NCBI GenBank assembly: GCA_973895155.1 | Contig: OZ316896.1 | Span: 6,900,232-6,964,231 of the forward strand | From: Marsupella aquatica | Taxonomy: Eukaryota > Plantae > Marchantiophyta | Direction of reading: 5' to 3' | DNA: 64,000 bases | Translations under genes and position numbers: made by a program | In this document: positions 62,957-64,000 of the stretch, piece by piece | How positions within the stretch are numbered: position 1 is the stretch's first letter | Layout of the letters: each line of letters opens with the position of its first letter | Notes under the pieces: generated by a model | Databases searched by the model: none | What the model was told of the DNA's origin: nothing | What the model saw: only the letters and a program-made list of their open reading frames with translations

Positions 62957-64000
62957 GGTGGAATTGTTAGAAAGCCGTCGTAATCGGGATAATCTGTTGA
63001 GGCACACAAGACATTCCTTCATGGCTGCTGAGATTTGCAGGATGGAGGCGCTTCCTACACTTTCAAAAGTGAAGGCAGTGTTGTGGCTTCTCCCGAAGGA
63101 AAGGCTCGTGGGACGGATGGGCTCACAACGGAAGTGTACAGGGCCTGTTGGGACTTTATGAAGGAAGACTTGGTGGCAATGATACAAGATTTTTGGTTGA
63201 TAGGCGTGCTGGCAGCTGAGATAAAAGAAGGGCTGATAAAGATGATCCCGAAAAAACCGGACAAACGGTATCTGAAAGACTGGCGTCCTCTGACCATGCT
63301 AAACACCAGCTACAAGATACTTGCCAAAGTAATGGCTCTACAGATTAAGCATTTACTTGGCAACCTGATCAGCCCTCAGCAGACTGGGTTTATCCCGGGC
63401 AGACATATTCTAGAGAATATTTCTCTTGCATGGCTTATCAATGACTGGGTGCACAATCGTAAGCAGGAAGCTCTGTTTTTAAAACTGGATTTTCGAAAAA
63501 GCATTTGATAGGGTCAATCATGAGTACTTGTGGGAAGTTATGCTGTTGCTGGGGTTTAGCAGTAGGACGGTGAATCTTATGAAAGCCTTACTTTCAAATG
63601 TCAGTTCTTGTGTATTGGTCAATGGCTTTCTTAGCAAAGCTCTATCTTTGTGCAGGGGGGTGAGACAGGGATGCCCTCTCTCCCCTCTTCTTTTTGTGAT
63701 TTCAAGGCAACCACTTATGGATTTTTTGGATGCTGAGATGGCTGCTGGCAGACTATGTGGAATTCAGGTTTCGGCTGAGCTATCTGTGTGCTATAGACTT
63801 TTCGCTGATGATGTGGGCATGTTCATCCCGGCTACTGAGGTGGCATTCAAGGATGCTACAACAGCCTTGGCATGTTATGAGGGTGCATCTGGAGCTAGGC
63901 TGAATTTGCGCAAATCTGTGATTATCCCACTTGCAATGGCGCACATTCCATTCTGGCTTGGGGATACTGGATGCAAAATTAGTAAGCCAGGGGAAGTGCA
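62957..64000 (+). pseudogene. L1-clade LINE ORF2 reverse-transcriptase fragment with frameshifts (runs off the window)
   Basis: KARGTDGLT, DWRPLTMLN, QQTGFIPGR, KLDF/KAFDRV, GVRQGCPLSPLLF, LFADDVG; a different family from the RTEX-like LINE. Confidence 0.9.

Overview
Eukaryotic, land-plant-type (TTTAGGG motifs, GT-AG introns; probably a bryophyte, lycophyte or fern, by inference) transposon-dense window with no intact host gene. Left to right: decayed Ty3/Gypsy gag-pol remnant (-); three closely related copies of one RTEX-like LINE (6341-10649 +, 10646-12597 -, 32656-37366 -) with 181-bp tandem 5' monomers, a (CATTAC)n tail, and ORF1 and ORF2 in one frame separated by a single TGA; a frameshifted PMD-like plus coiled-coil retroelement accessory ORF pair; a mosaic segment carrying captured CPN60/HSP60 fragments; two near-identical CACTA elements in inverted orientation (truncated 23520-32658, complete 48037-62326 with TCA TSD and an internal 408-bp array); a large decayed Sola1-like (DUF7869-type) DNA transposon with palindrome-punctuated arrays and Tnp1/En/Spm-like N-terminal domains, hosting the complete CACTA; and an L1-clade RT pseudogene at the right edge. 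All family calls rest on motif recognition by eye, with no database searches.
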